A stretch of 52,432 nucleotides of DNA from a virus (Duplodnaviria > Caudoviricetes), in IMG/VR virus record IMGVR_UViG_3300043422_000208, positions 1-52,432 of that record; one strand, 5' to 3'. The notes under the pieces are model-generated. The model was not told the DNA's origin. It saw nothing but the letters and a program-made list of their open reading frames with translations, and did not search any database. Both the position numbers and the translations under genes were made by a program. The first letter of the stretch is position 1; every line of letters starts with the position of its first letter. Of the stretch, positions 26,771-38,100 are shown one piece after another.

Positions 26771-28462
26771 TTACTCTACACAATCACAGACAATACCCGA
26801 TTTTACATTAGAAACTCTGTCACCAACAGATTTCCTAATGTAGTCTTGGCTATATTGTTCATGCAGAGAATAGTACTTAGTGATACAAGGAGAATACAGA
26901 AATTTCTTAATCTCTAATTCAGAAGCTTCTTCGATCCAGTCCATTGAGATACAATGAGGGCGACCGAATCTATTCATAAAATCTTGCCAAAGGCTATTTA
27001 ATTCAAAATAGAGATCTTTACCAATATTTGCTAATGTCTCTACATCTCCATGGTAGACTGTAACATTTTTTTCTATATTGCTAACTCGATTCTCAAATTG
27101 GCCTAAAGGTGGCCAAATTCCCCTACATAAAGAATTGCCTTCTCGATCTTCCACATCATAAGCATGAAATTGTGCAGGTTCAACACAATGAATCCTTTCT
27201 AGTTTAGGGAATCCATATTTGGCTGACATCTCATCACAAACTCTAATTGATTCTTGAAATCCTTTTAGAATTGCTTTAATGATCCTTTGTAGTTTTGTTA
27301 GATCTTCATCAAAGACGTACCAATACATTTCTTTTATAATAAACTCTTTACCTGCTTCTACAAATTGTTTATAGGTGAATCCTTCAATGGCAAGCAGATT
27401 AGCTAAACCAAAAACATCTAAACCAATTTGTAGATCTTTTTCTACAGGGATAAAGATACTCCCATCTGTATAATTTCTCCATTCATAGTGTAATTCAATC
27501 AAATTCCTAGCAGCATCAGCAAATGCTTTAGGGATATCATTGATTCTACATAGACCTAAGTTTACTCTCCAAATTAAACAAGTAGCTTTGTGTTCTAGAA
27601 GAATACCATTACAAACGTTTTCATATAGTCCTGGTTGATCAAGAATTTTAGCTAAAAAGCTCGATTCAGAATTACAAGAATCTGCAATTTTTCGTACAAG
27701 AGCAGGATTAGAAAGAACATTTTTATCTATCCTAATTCCTTTTTTATGAGATCCGTCTATATCTACAATAGGCGTATCTAAGTAATCTTCTATGTACTTG
27801 CTTCGATAATCCATAGAAGATACTATAATACCTTTCTTGTATCCTCCTCTTCTCATAACACTATTAAGAGTTCCTAGAAGACGAATTAAATTGTAGATTG
27901 TAGGTGAGTTTAAGAAAATTCCTAGTTGCCTAGAAATATTAATAAAACTTAAAGCACCGCTAGATACTAATCCTTTACTATTCTCTGTACCAGCAGGACG
28001 AAGATTAGAAAAATTAAAAGAAGGATTTTCTCCTCGATCTGCACAATCGATCATGAACTTCCAAGATTCAATAATCCCATCTGTTCCCTCCATAGAATCT
28101 TGAATATCGAACTCTTTGTAATCTACAAATTGTCTTAGTTGATTAGGAGGATCGGTCTCTAGCCGATACTTGATAAACTCCCCATATTCTTCTGAAGAAT
28201 TATCAACAAAACAATCCCAAACAAAATCTTTACGATAGCCTAGATCTGCATCTTGATTAAAAATTACTTTTACACCAGCTCCAGCTTTTAGTGATCTTGC
28301 TGCAAAACTCAGCAGATCAAAAAGATCGCCATTCCACACAAATAAAGTGCAGGATGGCGGCAAAGTGTTTTTTTCTGGATTAAGAAGAAAAGTTCTGATT
28401 CTACCCGGAGCAGTGTTAGTAGATTCTAGTAAATCTTCTTTTTTTAAATTAAAAACTGACAT
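26771..28462 (-). CDS. nrdA: ribonucleotide reductase alpha subunit (cyanophage-type class I, divergent)
   Basis: SCTLFV, DSMEG.DGI.ESW, LRPAGTEN..GLVSSG, RRGGYKKG, NVC, TCL..VNLG, QIGL...GLANLLA, KYY and C-terminal CDC. Confidence 0.88.
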   Translation of the reverse strand: MSVFNLKKEDLLESTNTAPGRIRTFLLNPEKNTLPPSCTLFVWNGDLFDLLSFAARSLKAGAGVKVIFNQDADLGYRKDFVWDCFVDNSSEEYGEFIKYRLETDPPNQLRQFVDYKEFDIQDSMEGTDGIIESWKFMIDCADRGENPSFNFSNLRPAGTENSKGLVSSGALSFINISRQLGIFLNSPTIYNLIRLLGTLNSVMRRGGYKKGIIVSSMDYRSKYIEDYLDTPIVDIDGSHKKGIRIDKNVLSNPALVRKIADSCNSESSFLAKILDQPGLYENVCNGILLEHKATCLIWRVNLGLCRINDIPKAFADAARNLIELHYEWRNYTDGSIFIPVEKDLQIGLDVFGLANLLAIEGFTYKQFVEAGKEFIIKEMYWYVFDEDLTKLQRIIKAILKGFQESIRVCDEMSAKYGFPKLERIHCVEPAQFHAYDVEDREGNSLCRGIWPPLGQFENRVSNIEKNVTVYHGDVETLANIGKDLYFELNSLWQDFMNRFGRPHCISMDWIEEASELEIKKFLYSPCITKYYSLHEQYSQDYIRKSVGDRVSNVKSGIVCDCVE

Positions 28463-28617
28463 GCGAAAACACAATAAAGTTTGTAGTCTTTAGATTATAG
28501 CAAAAAAAGAGAACTTTTGTATAGTACGCCTAAACTAAGCAAGTATGTTAAATTCTTGGTAATAAAGGGCTGTGTGCATATAATGTTTAAGGTTGTTTAA
28601 ATGAAAAATAAAAAAGA

Positions 28618-29373
28618 TTACTGTCTAGCTATTCCAAATTTGTCTGCTTGTGCGTTAGAAATTGTTCTGTAACCCGATTGCCAACGTTTAGAAAAAATGT
28701 TTTCACTCATAGAGTAGGTAAATTTACTAAAATCTTTGTAATCAGATTCTAATAAACCATAAGGATCAGAAACAGCAAATTGTTTAGTTTTTTCATCATA
28801 AGATCGAAGTACAATAATATGCCCTCCCCTTAGAGTACCCTGTGTTACAGATCCCCTATGAAGGATATTTACTACTACAGGATATCCATTTTTTAGAATA
28901 GCTTTAATTCTAGAAAGGTTTTTATCAATATTCCATACAGTGTTTAACCCATAAGCATCTAGAGAAGCTGTTTGTACTTCATGGTAAATTGTATCTCCTC
29001 TTTTTAATACAGAAGCTAAATAAACATCATCTTCTACTTGAGGTTTTCCAATAAAAGATCGATAGAAGTTTAGCAACATTGCATTAGAAGTAGAATTACA
29101 AGTCCTATGAGGCATTGTAAAATTGTCTCTTTGGCTTAGAGTTGGAGAAATTTTAGAAGAAATAGCTAACCTTACTTCAGGAGAAGCATTTAAAAATCTT
29201 TGTTCAATATCAGCTTCTTTAATAATAGGTGTAGGCGATACTTTAGGATCTGATTTAGAAGTATTTGTTAAATTTGTATAAGTAGTTCCACCACCAACCA
29301 GGAGCGCAATAATTGCAGCATAGGTAGTAGGACTAGTTTCTTTAATTTTCTGCAAAAGAGTTTGTACAGCCAT
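28618..29373 (-). CDS. endolysin, peptidase C39-like, with an N-terminal hydrophobic anchor
   Basis: SQRDN..RTCNSTSNAM, GGHIIV and SDPYG (Cys-His-Asp triad). Confidence 0.8.
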   Translation of the reverse strand: MAVQTLLQKIKETSPTTYAAIIALLVGGGTTYTNLTNTSKSDPKVSPTPIIKEADIEQRFLNASPEVRLAISSKISPTLSQRDNFTMPHRTCNSTSNAMLLNFYRSFIGKPQVEDDVYLASVLKRGDTIYHEVQTASLDAYGLNTVWNIDKNLSRIKAILKNGYPVVVNILHRGSVTQGTLRGGHIIVLRSYDEKTKQFAVSDPYGLLESDYKDFSKFTYSMSENIFSKRWQSGYRTISNAQADKFGIARQ

Positions 29374-29447
29374 AAAATAATCAAAGATTAGTGTAATTTA
29401 ATTGTAACACTAATCTTTGATTATAGAAGGATTATAGTAGATCTAAC

Positions 29448-30632
29448 TTACTTACAAAAATAAACATAATCCCTAGCTCTGGATGCTGCGGAGTATTGAA
29501 TATTTGGATCAGTTCTGCAAAATGCCAAATCTGCCCAATTAATAAATGCTAAATCTGTTGTTGACCCTTGGTAAGAATGTACAGTTGATACATTTGGGAA
29601 ACTCCATCTTACGAAAGAGTTAACAATGTTGTAGTATTTATTCCAATCTCTAGCAGATTCTTTTTTTGTTTTACCTGTTTTATCCTTTGCTATATTATAA
29701 GCAATTTGTACTTCAGACAAATGTCCTTCGTATTGAGGTTTTGTGTGAAATCCTTCGTATCTTAAAAAAGGGCAATACACCCAATTATTGCGATACATAA
29801 CAGTCATTCCAAATTGATCAACGTCTACTACTTCTACAATAGCGTTAGAATGAATAATCTTTTCCCCTTGATCATTAGTAAGCATTTTAACTCTTACTTT
29901 CTCTCCTACAATTGGAATATCTTCTGCTTGTTCATAAAGTCTTAACCTAGCTTTTCTTGCAACTTCATTTATTACTTTGTTATGAAAAGCCAAGTAAGTT
30001 GCATCTTTACCTTCTTCTAAAGCTGTATAGAATTTTTCTAAAAATACATTTGATTTAGTAAATTCAGGAATGAATAAAGATCCTTTGTCTCTAATTTCTT
30101 GAATAATAGGAAAACAAGTTCCTCTAGACCTTTCTTGTATGGTAAGTTCATATTCAAACAATAACTCCATCTCATCCAATAAAGAGCTATTATCCCCAAT
30201 AGCTTTTAATTGTCCACCATCACCTAAGCAGATCCATAAGATATCTCTGCGCTCCCACATAGCCTGTAGTATAATATTTGGAGTGCAATAAGCTTCATCA
30301 AGAACAACTATTCTGTAAGGAACTTCTTTATCTAAAATAGCATTTAGCCATTGTTTACCATTATGATCAGAAGAAGGATAATAGCCGAGAAGAGAATGTA
30401 TTGTTTTTGCTGGATAAAATTCTAAATTCTGAGATACTACCTCTAAAGCCTTATCTGTGGGAGCGCAAACACATATCTCTTCCGGTGGTATTCCTGATTC
30501 TTGTAAAATAATAGATATGGTGTACGTTTTTCCAACACCCCCAACTCCACTAATTAAGCAAATTCCTCCACTTTGCTTTTTCATTATTAGGTCTAATTTA
30601 TCTTTTACGAACTGTTGTTGAACATTAAGCAT
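29448..30632 (-). CDS. SF1B (Dda/RecD-like) helicase
   Basis: GVGGVGKT, APTDKA, TIHSLL, VLDEA, GDGGQL, TVHSYQGST and YSAASRA. Confidence 0.9.
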   Translation of the reverse strand: MLNVQQQFVKDKLDLIMKKQSGGICLISGVGGVGKTYTISIILQESGIPPEEICVCAPTDKALEVVSQNLEFYPAKTIHSLLGYYPSSDHNGKQWLNAILDKEVPYRIVVLDEAYCTPNIILQAMWERRDILWICLGDGGQLKAIGDNSSLLDEMELLFEYELTIQERSRGTCFPIIQEIRDKGSLFIPEFTKSNVFLEKFYTALEEGKDATYLAFHNKVINEVARKARLRLYEQAEDIPIVGEKVRVKMLTNDQGEKIIHSNAIVEVVDVDQFGMTVMYRNNWVYCPFLRYEGFHTKPQYEGHLSEVQIAYNIAKDKTGKTKKESARDWNKYYNIVNSFVRWSFPNVSTVHSYQGSTTDLAFINWADLAFCRTDPNIQYSAASRARDYVYFCK

Positions 30633-30643
30633 TTTTTTTTCTA

Positions 30644-31033
30644 CTAACTTAGCCAGTAATTATCACTATTGAAAACTATACTTTCTGATCCATCATACTC
30701 CTCTATTCTAAATAGAGTTCCTTGAGGGATCCACACAATTTCTAAATCTCTCCAACCCCCATAGTAACCCTCAGCATCCTCATAAAAAAGTTTAGCTAAT
30801 TATTCATACTCATGTTGATAGTACTTTCTTTCTGACAATAGCATCATTACTGCTAAAGGACAAAATAAGTTAGCATCCCAAGTAGACCATCCTGCTCCAT
30901 AACCTGGACTAAGGAGAATAGCAAATTCGTTTTTTTCGTTATATACTCTGCCTTCTTTTATAGTATATTTTTTATCTAGATTGCATAAAAATGGTTGAAG
31001 AATTAGTAGATTGTTTTCTGTTAGATTATTCAT
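30644..31033 (-). pseudogene. conserved phage protein interrupted by an in-frame TAA at 30800-30802
   Basis: SPGYGAGWSTW N-half; after the stop the frame continues YYGGWRDLEIVWIPQGTLFRIEEYDGSESI, the C-half I recognise for this family. Confidence 0.75.
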
Positions 31034-31295
31034 TTAGTATATCCTGTAAGACATTTGACCATTCTGTTTCTTCAAACATTTTTCCTGAAAGTTCATCATT
31101 CACAATACCTTGATTTGCTAATACTTGGCATTGTTTTAATAGCAATAAAGACTGTTTTTTACAATCTGAATCTACTACTAAATTTTCTATTTTTATAGCT
31201 AGTTTAAGGACATCTGCATTAATTACCCTATGTGCCCATTTTCTACTTTCTGTTTTAGGTGGATGATGAAAAAATAGATGATTAGAAGAAATCAT
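31026..31295 (-). CDS. hypothetical protein
   Basis: 89-aa ORF with AGGAG Shine-Dalgarno. Confidence 0.6.
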   Translation of the reverse strand: MISSNHLFFHHPPKTESRKWAHRVINADVLKLAIKIENLVVDSDCKKQSLLLLKQCQVLANQGIVNDELSGKMFEETEWSNVLQDILNE

Positions 31296-31393
31296 TTTAG
31301 TGTCTCCTATGTTTTTGTTCTAAGAGAATTTCTTAATTCAGTAGAATTCATATTTTCTCTTTTAAATCTTTCATTATTAGAGTAGTTCATTAT

Positions 31394-31984
31394 TTATCCT
31401 AAGTAAAGTGAAATTAAGTGGTTTAAATGAGAAAAAACTATTTCTTTGTATTGTTCTTTAGTTCCAGTATTTACAATGTCAAAAGCTGATGTAAGTAATT
31501 TTCTAGAATCTGCTGAAGGATTTTCTTCCTGTCTCCTGATATTAAATCTTATTACAACTGCTGTAGGAAGAAAAGTTTGTAAGTAATACTCCAAATAATC
31601 AAGTTCCACATCTCCAAAAGTTTCAATAACATGAGCTTTACCGGAATCGTTTTTACATAGTATCTGATCTACTATAGCAGAAGCAAATATGCCTCTAGAA
31701 AAAGTTTCTACTAAAATATTTTCAGCTAAATTAATTAAATCTTCTCTAATTGTAACTTGACCTAATTCATTAGGAGTTAACCAAGTATAAATCAGATCAT
31801 TCTTTTTTAAACTATCTATCTTTTCACCATAAAACCTAAGAGCAATTTTTTGATAAACAGAGTGTAACAAAACAGAAGAAGAGTAAGTATTACATCCTAA
31901 CTCTTCTGCAAATTGCATAAAAGTACTCTTTCCAGAATTTGCGTAACCTCCAATTAAGATTATTAGCTTATCTTTACTTGTCAT
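31394..31984 (-). CDS. P-loop (deoxy)nucleotide monophosphate kinase-like protein
   Basis: IGGYANSGKST, IREDLINLAE and C-terminal DIVNTGT.E. Confidence 0.7.
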   Translation of the reverse strand: MTSKDKLIILIGGYANSGKSTFMQFAEELGCNTYSSSVLLHSVYQKIALRFYGEKIDSLKKNDLIYTWLTPNELGQVTIREDLINLAENILVETFSRGIFASAIVDQILCKNDSGKAHVIETFGDVELDYLEYYLQTFLPTAVVIRFNIRRQEENPSADSRKLLTSAFDIVNTGTKEQYKEIVFSHLNHLISLYLG

Positions 31985-32009
31985 TTTTCTACCTCAAAGC
32001 AACTTAGTT

Positions 32010-32038
32010 ATTTTATCCCCTCAATCCTTCCTTGTCAA
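32010..32038 (-). promoter_or_regulatory. sigma70-type promoter
   Basis: TTGACA-17 nt-TAAAAT, divergent from the TATAAT at 32063-32068 upstream of the tape measure gene. Confidence 0.7.
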
Positions 32039-32104
32039 CAACAATAGCGCCACCATTTAATCTATAATAGATAAACTAGTTTTAAATTAAAAATAAATCC
32101 TACT

Positions 32105-35100
32105 ATGGCTTACCAAATCAATATCGATGTTAACTCTCAGAAGCTAAGCTCTGTCTCTGGGGCCATTACAGAGTCTGTAAGCAAGATTGAAGCCGCTGTA
32201 GGTAAACTAGTTACTCAGACGAATGAGGCCGGTAAGGTCAAAGTAGAGAATCTTAACGTTGACATTGAGAAGATTAAAACTAGTCTTAGCTCTTTAGCTG
32301 GAGAAATTAACTCTGTAAAATTAGCGGAATCTTTGAATAAACTAGAATCTGCTATTCAAAATGTAACTATTAAATTTTCTGAAATTAATGTAGATTCCTC
32401 TGCTATTTCTAGAACTATAAATGAAGAACTAGCAAAAATTAAAATTACTGTTTCTGATGTAGCTTTAGATCTCAAAACAGATATTACTAAAGCATTAAAA
32501 ACAGAAGGCACAATAACTGTAGGCGCGATGCAGTTAAATCTGAAAAGCCTAATCCAAACAGCAGTAAATAAAGAAGGTGTTATTAGTGTTTCTAATTTTA
32601 GTCTAAATCTAGCTGAAGTAATTCAAAGTGAATTAGCTAGAAAGATTACTATTAAAGATTTAGCTTTAGAGCTTCCTGTAGATGAAATTACTTCTGCAAT
32701 CAGTATAGAAAATGCTGCTAATTTCGGAAAAGTCATTAATGATGCAATTAATAGACTATCTTCTAGAATTGCTACTGAAGTAACGGAGCTAAAACTATTT
32801 AGTGAATCCACAATAACAGTAGGAAATGTTGATTTAACAAAATCTATTCAAGAGAAGTTAGACTCTGTAGAGATTAATATAGATCGAATATTGCTTGGAG
32901 AGTTGATTAATCAAAGACTTCAACAACAAGGAATTGTTCTTGATGAAATTAGTATTGATCTAAATCCTCTTATTGGCGCTAAACTTGCAGAGATTAAATT
33001 TGCAGAGATAGATACTAGTTTATTTGTAACTGAGGTTTCTAACTACATCCAAAAAGTAGCTACAGCCATAAAAAACTCTTCTATCGAAACAGCTAAACCT
33101 GTAGATGTTGAACCTGTAGCTATCTCTACTAGTAATACTAAAAAAGCTATAGAAGCTGCTATCGAAGTACAAGAAATAGTTTTAAATCTTCAAAAACTAA
33201 TTCAAGCAGAAGTAACAGCTAAAACAACTATCAATCCAGCAGTATTAAAGCTTCAAGGGTTTTTAGATCGAGAATTAGCTAAGGTTAATACTCTAACTTC
33301 TGATATCAAAGTATCTCAAAATATTCCTAGTGGTGTTGAAGCTGTTGTAGATACTTCGGAAGTTAATACAGAGATTAAAATTATATCTGAAGAACCAAAT
33401 ATCTTACAAGCAGATATTGACTTAACAGGTATTAACAAACAAGTTAATCTTATTTCTGAAGAACCTCACAATATTGAAGCAGAAGTAACTACAACTGGAG
33501 TAAATAACCAAGTTAACTTAATTGCGGATCTATCCTCTAACGTAGAAGCTGACGTAAAAGCTACGATAGATACAACAAACGTAAATCCTCAAGTTGATTT
33601 AATTCATGAACCAACCACAACTTTACAAGCAAGAATTAATACTGCTGATGTTAACACTACTGTTAATTTATCTTCTTCTGCTCCAATCAATATTGATACT
33701 ACTCCTGTATCTCCTGATGTTCAGTTAGTTTCTTCAGGAACATCGATTATTCCAGCAGTTGTAGATCTTACTGGAGTTAATCGAGATGTAAAGCTTGTTT
33801 CTTCAGAAGTTAATATTTTACCTGCTGATATTGATGTTACTGAAATAAACAAAAAAGTAAATTTAGTTTCTGAAGAAACTGTAAGAATCAATGTAGATAT
33901 GCCTAATGCTGCACTAACAGCTTTAGGATTTATTGGAGATGTTGATAATATTGCTCAGGAGTTAATTGATACTTTTAGAGGAATTACTCAGCTACTAACT
34001 TCTCAGTTAAGCAGTATTACAGTTGATCTCGATCCTCTAAGAAATTCTTTTCAGATTACTATTGATCGAATCTCTGGTTTAATTAGATCTATCGAACTAC
34101 CTGATACAGGTTCTGGATATGAGCCTATTGAGCAGCCTATAGTTCCTTTGTCTGGATCTCAGCAGAAGACGAATGATATTACAAATCTCTTTTCTGGTGC
34201 TATTGCAGATCAAGAAGAAATCATACGATTAGCTCAGGAAGGAGGTGATCCAAAGACAAATAAGGAAATTCAAAAATTAATCAAAGGGAAGATCGATAAA
34301 TTAGGTCAAATGCTTAATTTGTTATCTGAAATTGAATTACCTGATCCTGCTTCTTTAATGCAGATAGCCACGGAATTTAGTAATTTGAAACAGCTAGCAA
34401 ATACTAGCATGAGTTCTAATACTAAGGGAAGTTTTTCTTCTGTATTAGGTGTAAAAGCTGGAGGAAAAGCAAATTCTGATCAAGCTAAAGCTTATGAAGC
34501 TGTCTATACTCCTGTAGGGCAACTACCAACAGACAAAATAAACAACTTAGATCTTATCCCTAATCTCCAAAAGTCTAGACTTACAGATCGAGTAAAACAG
34601 ATTGAAGCAGGAACTAAACCAGCAGACTTCTACGCTGCTTCTGGAGAATCTGGAAGATTTACACCTTCTGAGATGCAAGCTAGGAATGAAAACGCTGCTG
34701 GAGGTTTCTATACTACTGCTTCTCAAGAATTAGCAGAAATAAGAAAAGAAGCACATAAAGCTTTTGAAAATTTTAAAAAAGAGAATCTTCAAGAATACGA
34801 AAAATTTATTTCAGAATTACATCAACAATACGCAATCAAAGGATCTTTATTTACCAGACCTACAGGAGATATAAAAAACTTTGTAGAGAGGTATCCTTAT
34901 CTAGCAAAACAAGAGTTAAATGCATATAAGGAAATTACACCTTGGCAAAATAATAATCCTGAAAGTTCTGTAGAACCTATGGATTGGGAAACGGAAACTA
35001 AAGCAGAAGATATCAAACCTAGTACTGATTCTAAAACAAGAGTCACTAATAAAATTGTAGAAATTCTCAATAAAGATATTTCTGATATTTTTAGTGATGT

Positions 35101-38100
35101 AGCTTCTAAACTAACTGCAAAACAAAATAAAATTTCAGTAACTAACGACCCTACATACTATGCAAACAATGATCTAGAATACACTCCTTCTTCTGAATTA
35201 CCGGGTGAAGCTACTCTTAACTCCCCGTTAAATTTCAGAGTTTCAGATACTGGAGATATCGATCAAAAAACTTTAGATTTTCAGAATGCTGAAGAAATCT
35301 TAAGAGTTAGAGAAGAAGCAATTCAAGCTGCTTTAGATGCTTCAGTTGTAGAAACTCCGAATCTTAATGTTCCTAGTAGACCGATAATTGAAAACTCTTT
35401 TGATGATGAAGATTTTGCAACTGTAACTATTGATGAGGTTTCAGAACCAGTAGTTCCACGCAAAGTAAGAGAAGCAGCAACTTTAGCAGATCAAGCAATT
35501 GATGAGGCTATAAAAGTTTATGCTGCTCTTAAACAGCAACTAAAAGGATTAGTTAAACAAGGGCAAATAGTTGATATTGATCAACTATCTGAAGCTTTTA
35601 AAAACATTCCTTCTGGTGAAAGAAAGAACAAAAAAAGAGAAGAACTGAAAACAGATAAAGAGTTTTTCAAAACTGCTAATCAGAAAACAGATTTAGCAGC
35701 TCAAGCAAATGATCTAGTTAGTCAAGCTCAGGAATTTATTAATAGTGGTCAAGGAGATCCAGCAGCAATTAAAGCAGCTATTGGTAAAATCCTTAGTAAT
35801 CCTAATTTTAAAGCTGCTAGAAAACTCTTAAAGGATGCTGTTAAAGGTATTGAAAGAGAATTAGATAGGCTAGATACTGTTCCTGCTGATGCTTCAGAGG
35901 GAGCAGGGATGACTAAGACTAAATATGGAGAAATGCTAAATCAAAAGATTACAGCATTTAAAGAAAAGCTAAGACAAGTTGAAACAGAAATAGTAAAAAA
36001 AGTTAATGATGTTGGTGAAGCAATAATTCCCGATGTCAATGGTCTTATTGCTGCTTTTAATGATTTGTTCCCTTCTCAGCAAAAAAATGAAGAACTTCCT
36101 TTTGTTAAAACAAGGAATAAAGCAAATCAAAGAATTGAGGAAATCAATACACCTGTTCAAGCTACAACAGATGAAACTAGGAAAAATTCTCTTTCTATTA
36201 AATCTTATGAGATTTCTAGCAGTATCTTAGATGGTGTAAAAGTAACTGATGAAGCTTTTAACGATCTTCTAGCTATAGCTAATTCTTTTGAAGATGAAGT
36301 TAAAAAAGCTGCTGCTATTGTAAAAGCTAAAAGAAAGATTAATGAAGGTAAAAAATCAAACAGTAAAATTGATGAATTAAATAATGGTGATGGTGGAGAT
36401 GGTGATGGTGGTGATAGTGATGGTGATGGTGGAATGGATCCTGAAGATCCTAATTTTAATTACAAAGCAGGATTAGCAAGAAAACAAATCAGAATCGGAG
36501 AAAGACCAGATATCTTGGATCTAAACTCTGCTGTTAATTCTGAGTATGATAATCTTGATGCAGAAGATATTAGATTAAAAGATATTCAAAAACAACAAAG
36601 CATTCTTCTTAAAAATTTAAGAGAAAATGTAGCAACTGCTAAAAGACAGATTGCACAAAATTTTGATGGTGTTGATATCTCTCTTCCTGATTTTAATGAA
36701 GCTGGAATTACTAATCGAGATCAACAACTAGGAATCTCTGATAAGATTCTAAACATCCAACATGCATTTGAACAATGGTGGGATAATCATGATCTTAAAC
36801 AAGCTAAAGGAGACGATCCAGCTCTTAATAACTCTATTGCAAAGATAAAAACTAAAATTGCTTTAGGTGAAGATTCGGGTGGTAATAATCAGGATATTAC
36901 AGATCAAATAAATAAACTTGATCAAACTAACGATGAAGTTAAAAAACTAATCCAATTCCGTCAAAAAGAAGCTAAGGCAGAATTGAAGAGATTTTTACAA
37001 TCCGAAATTCTTAAATCCAACAATGAAATTAGAACTATTGGACAGTACACTTCTGATTTCTCTTATTTTGCTGGCAAAGGTTTAGATGAGGAACTAACAA
37101 AAGCTCTTCTAGATCTAGAACAAGCAAAAGCAAAAGCTCTTAAGAAAGCTACAGAAGAAAATCCAGAGTTTGCTAAAGAACTAGCTAGACAGAAAAGAAA
37201 CTTAACTTTAGGAAAAGAAGTTAGTTTCAGTATGTTAGATTCTTTAGCTGAAAATTCAGATCAAAAACAAAAAGTAGATATTTTAGAAAAGTCTACCAAC
37301 AACAAAGAACTAAAACAAGCTATAGATCAGTCTATTAAAACTGGTAATACTGGAAGTTTAGAAGCTTTAGTAGTTAACGATCTAGAAGGTGCTAAAGAAG
37401 CTTTAGATGATGTACTTAAATCTTTGTCTGAAGATCGAATTAGTAATTACATCAAATCTGTTAAACAGTTCAAAAGAGCTTTAGCAGTTGGTGTAGATAC
37501 TTCTGCTGAAGTTGCTAAAGCTAAAAATAAACTTTCTTACGAAGAATCTCAAAATCCAGATGTTCTTATTGCTGATGGAGATTTGCAAAAAACTAAACAA
37601 AAACAAAGACTAAAAGAACTAGTAATCAACAAAGATTATGATGCTTTACAAGCTGGTGCTGATAGTGGTTTAGAAGGGTATTCTAAAGCTTTAAATGCTC
37701 TTAAGAAATCTCAGGAGAATCTAGGAAGACGTTACAGCGACTATGTAAAAGAAATAAATGCTTTGATTGCTCAAAATAGAGTATTTGAAGCAGAGAGTAA
37801 ATTAAACACATTAAAAGGATTTCGTGGCCTTAGTGTAGGTCAAAAGGAATCTCTTAATGCTTTGTCTGGAAAGATATCGTCTAAATCTGATAATGCTCAA
37901 CTTGCAGATGTCAGAGATGCAATTGCAGCAGAAAAGATTCGCAATATTAGGGGTTTAACACCTGATCAAAATAACGTATCAGCTATAAATAGATCTAGAA
38001 CTTTCAATGATGACAGTAAAGCTACTGAACTTGATACAATAGTTAATGAATACAAGAAATGGGCAGCTAAAGAAAAACGAGCTTTACAAAAAGCTACGTT

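Noticed and set aside
26771-28462. Class II (B12-dependent) RNR call
   Set aside because: The YY radical-transfer pair and an adjacent ferritin-like beta gene indicate class I.
30800-30802. Stop-codon reassignment (alternative genetic code)
   Set aside because: TAA, TAG and TGA all end intact genes, coding density is high under code 11, and no suppressor tRNA was seen.
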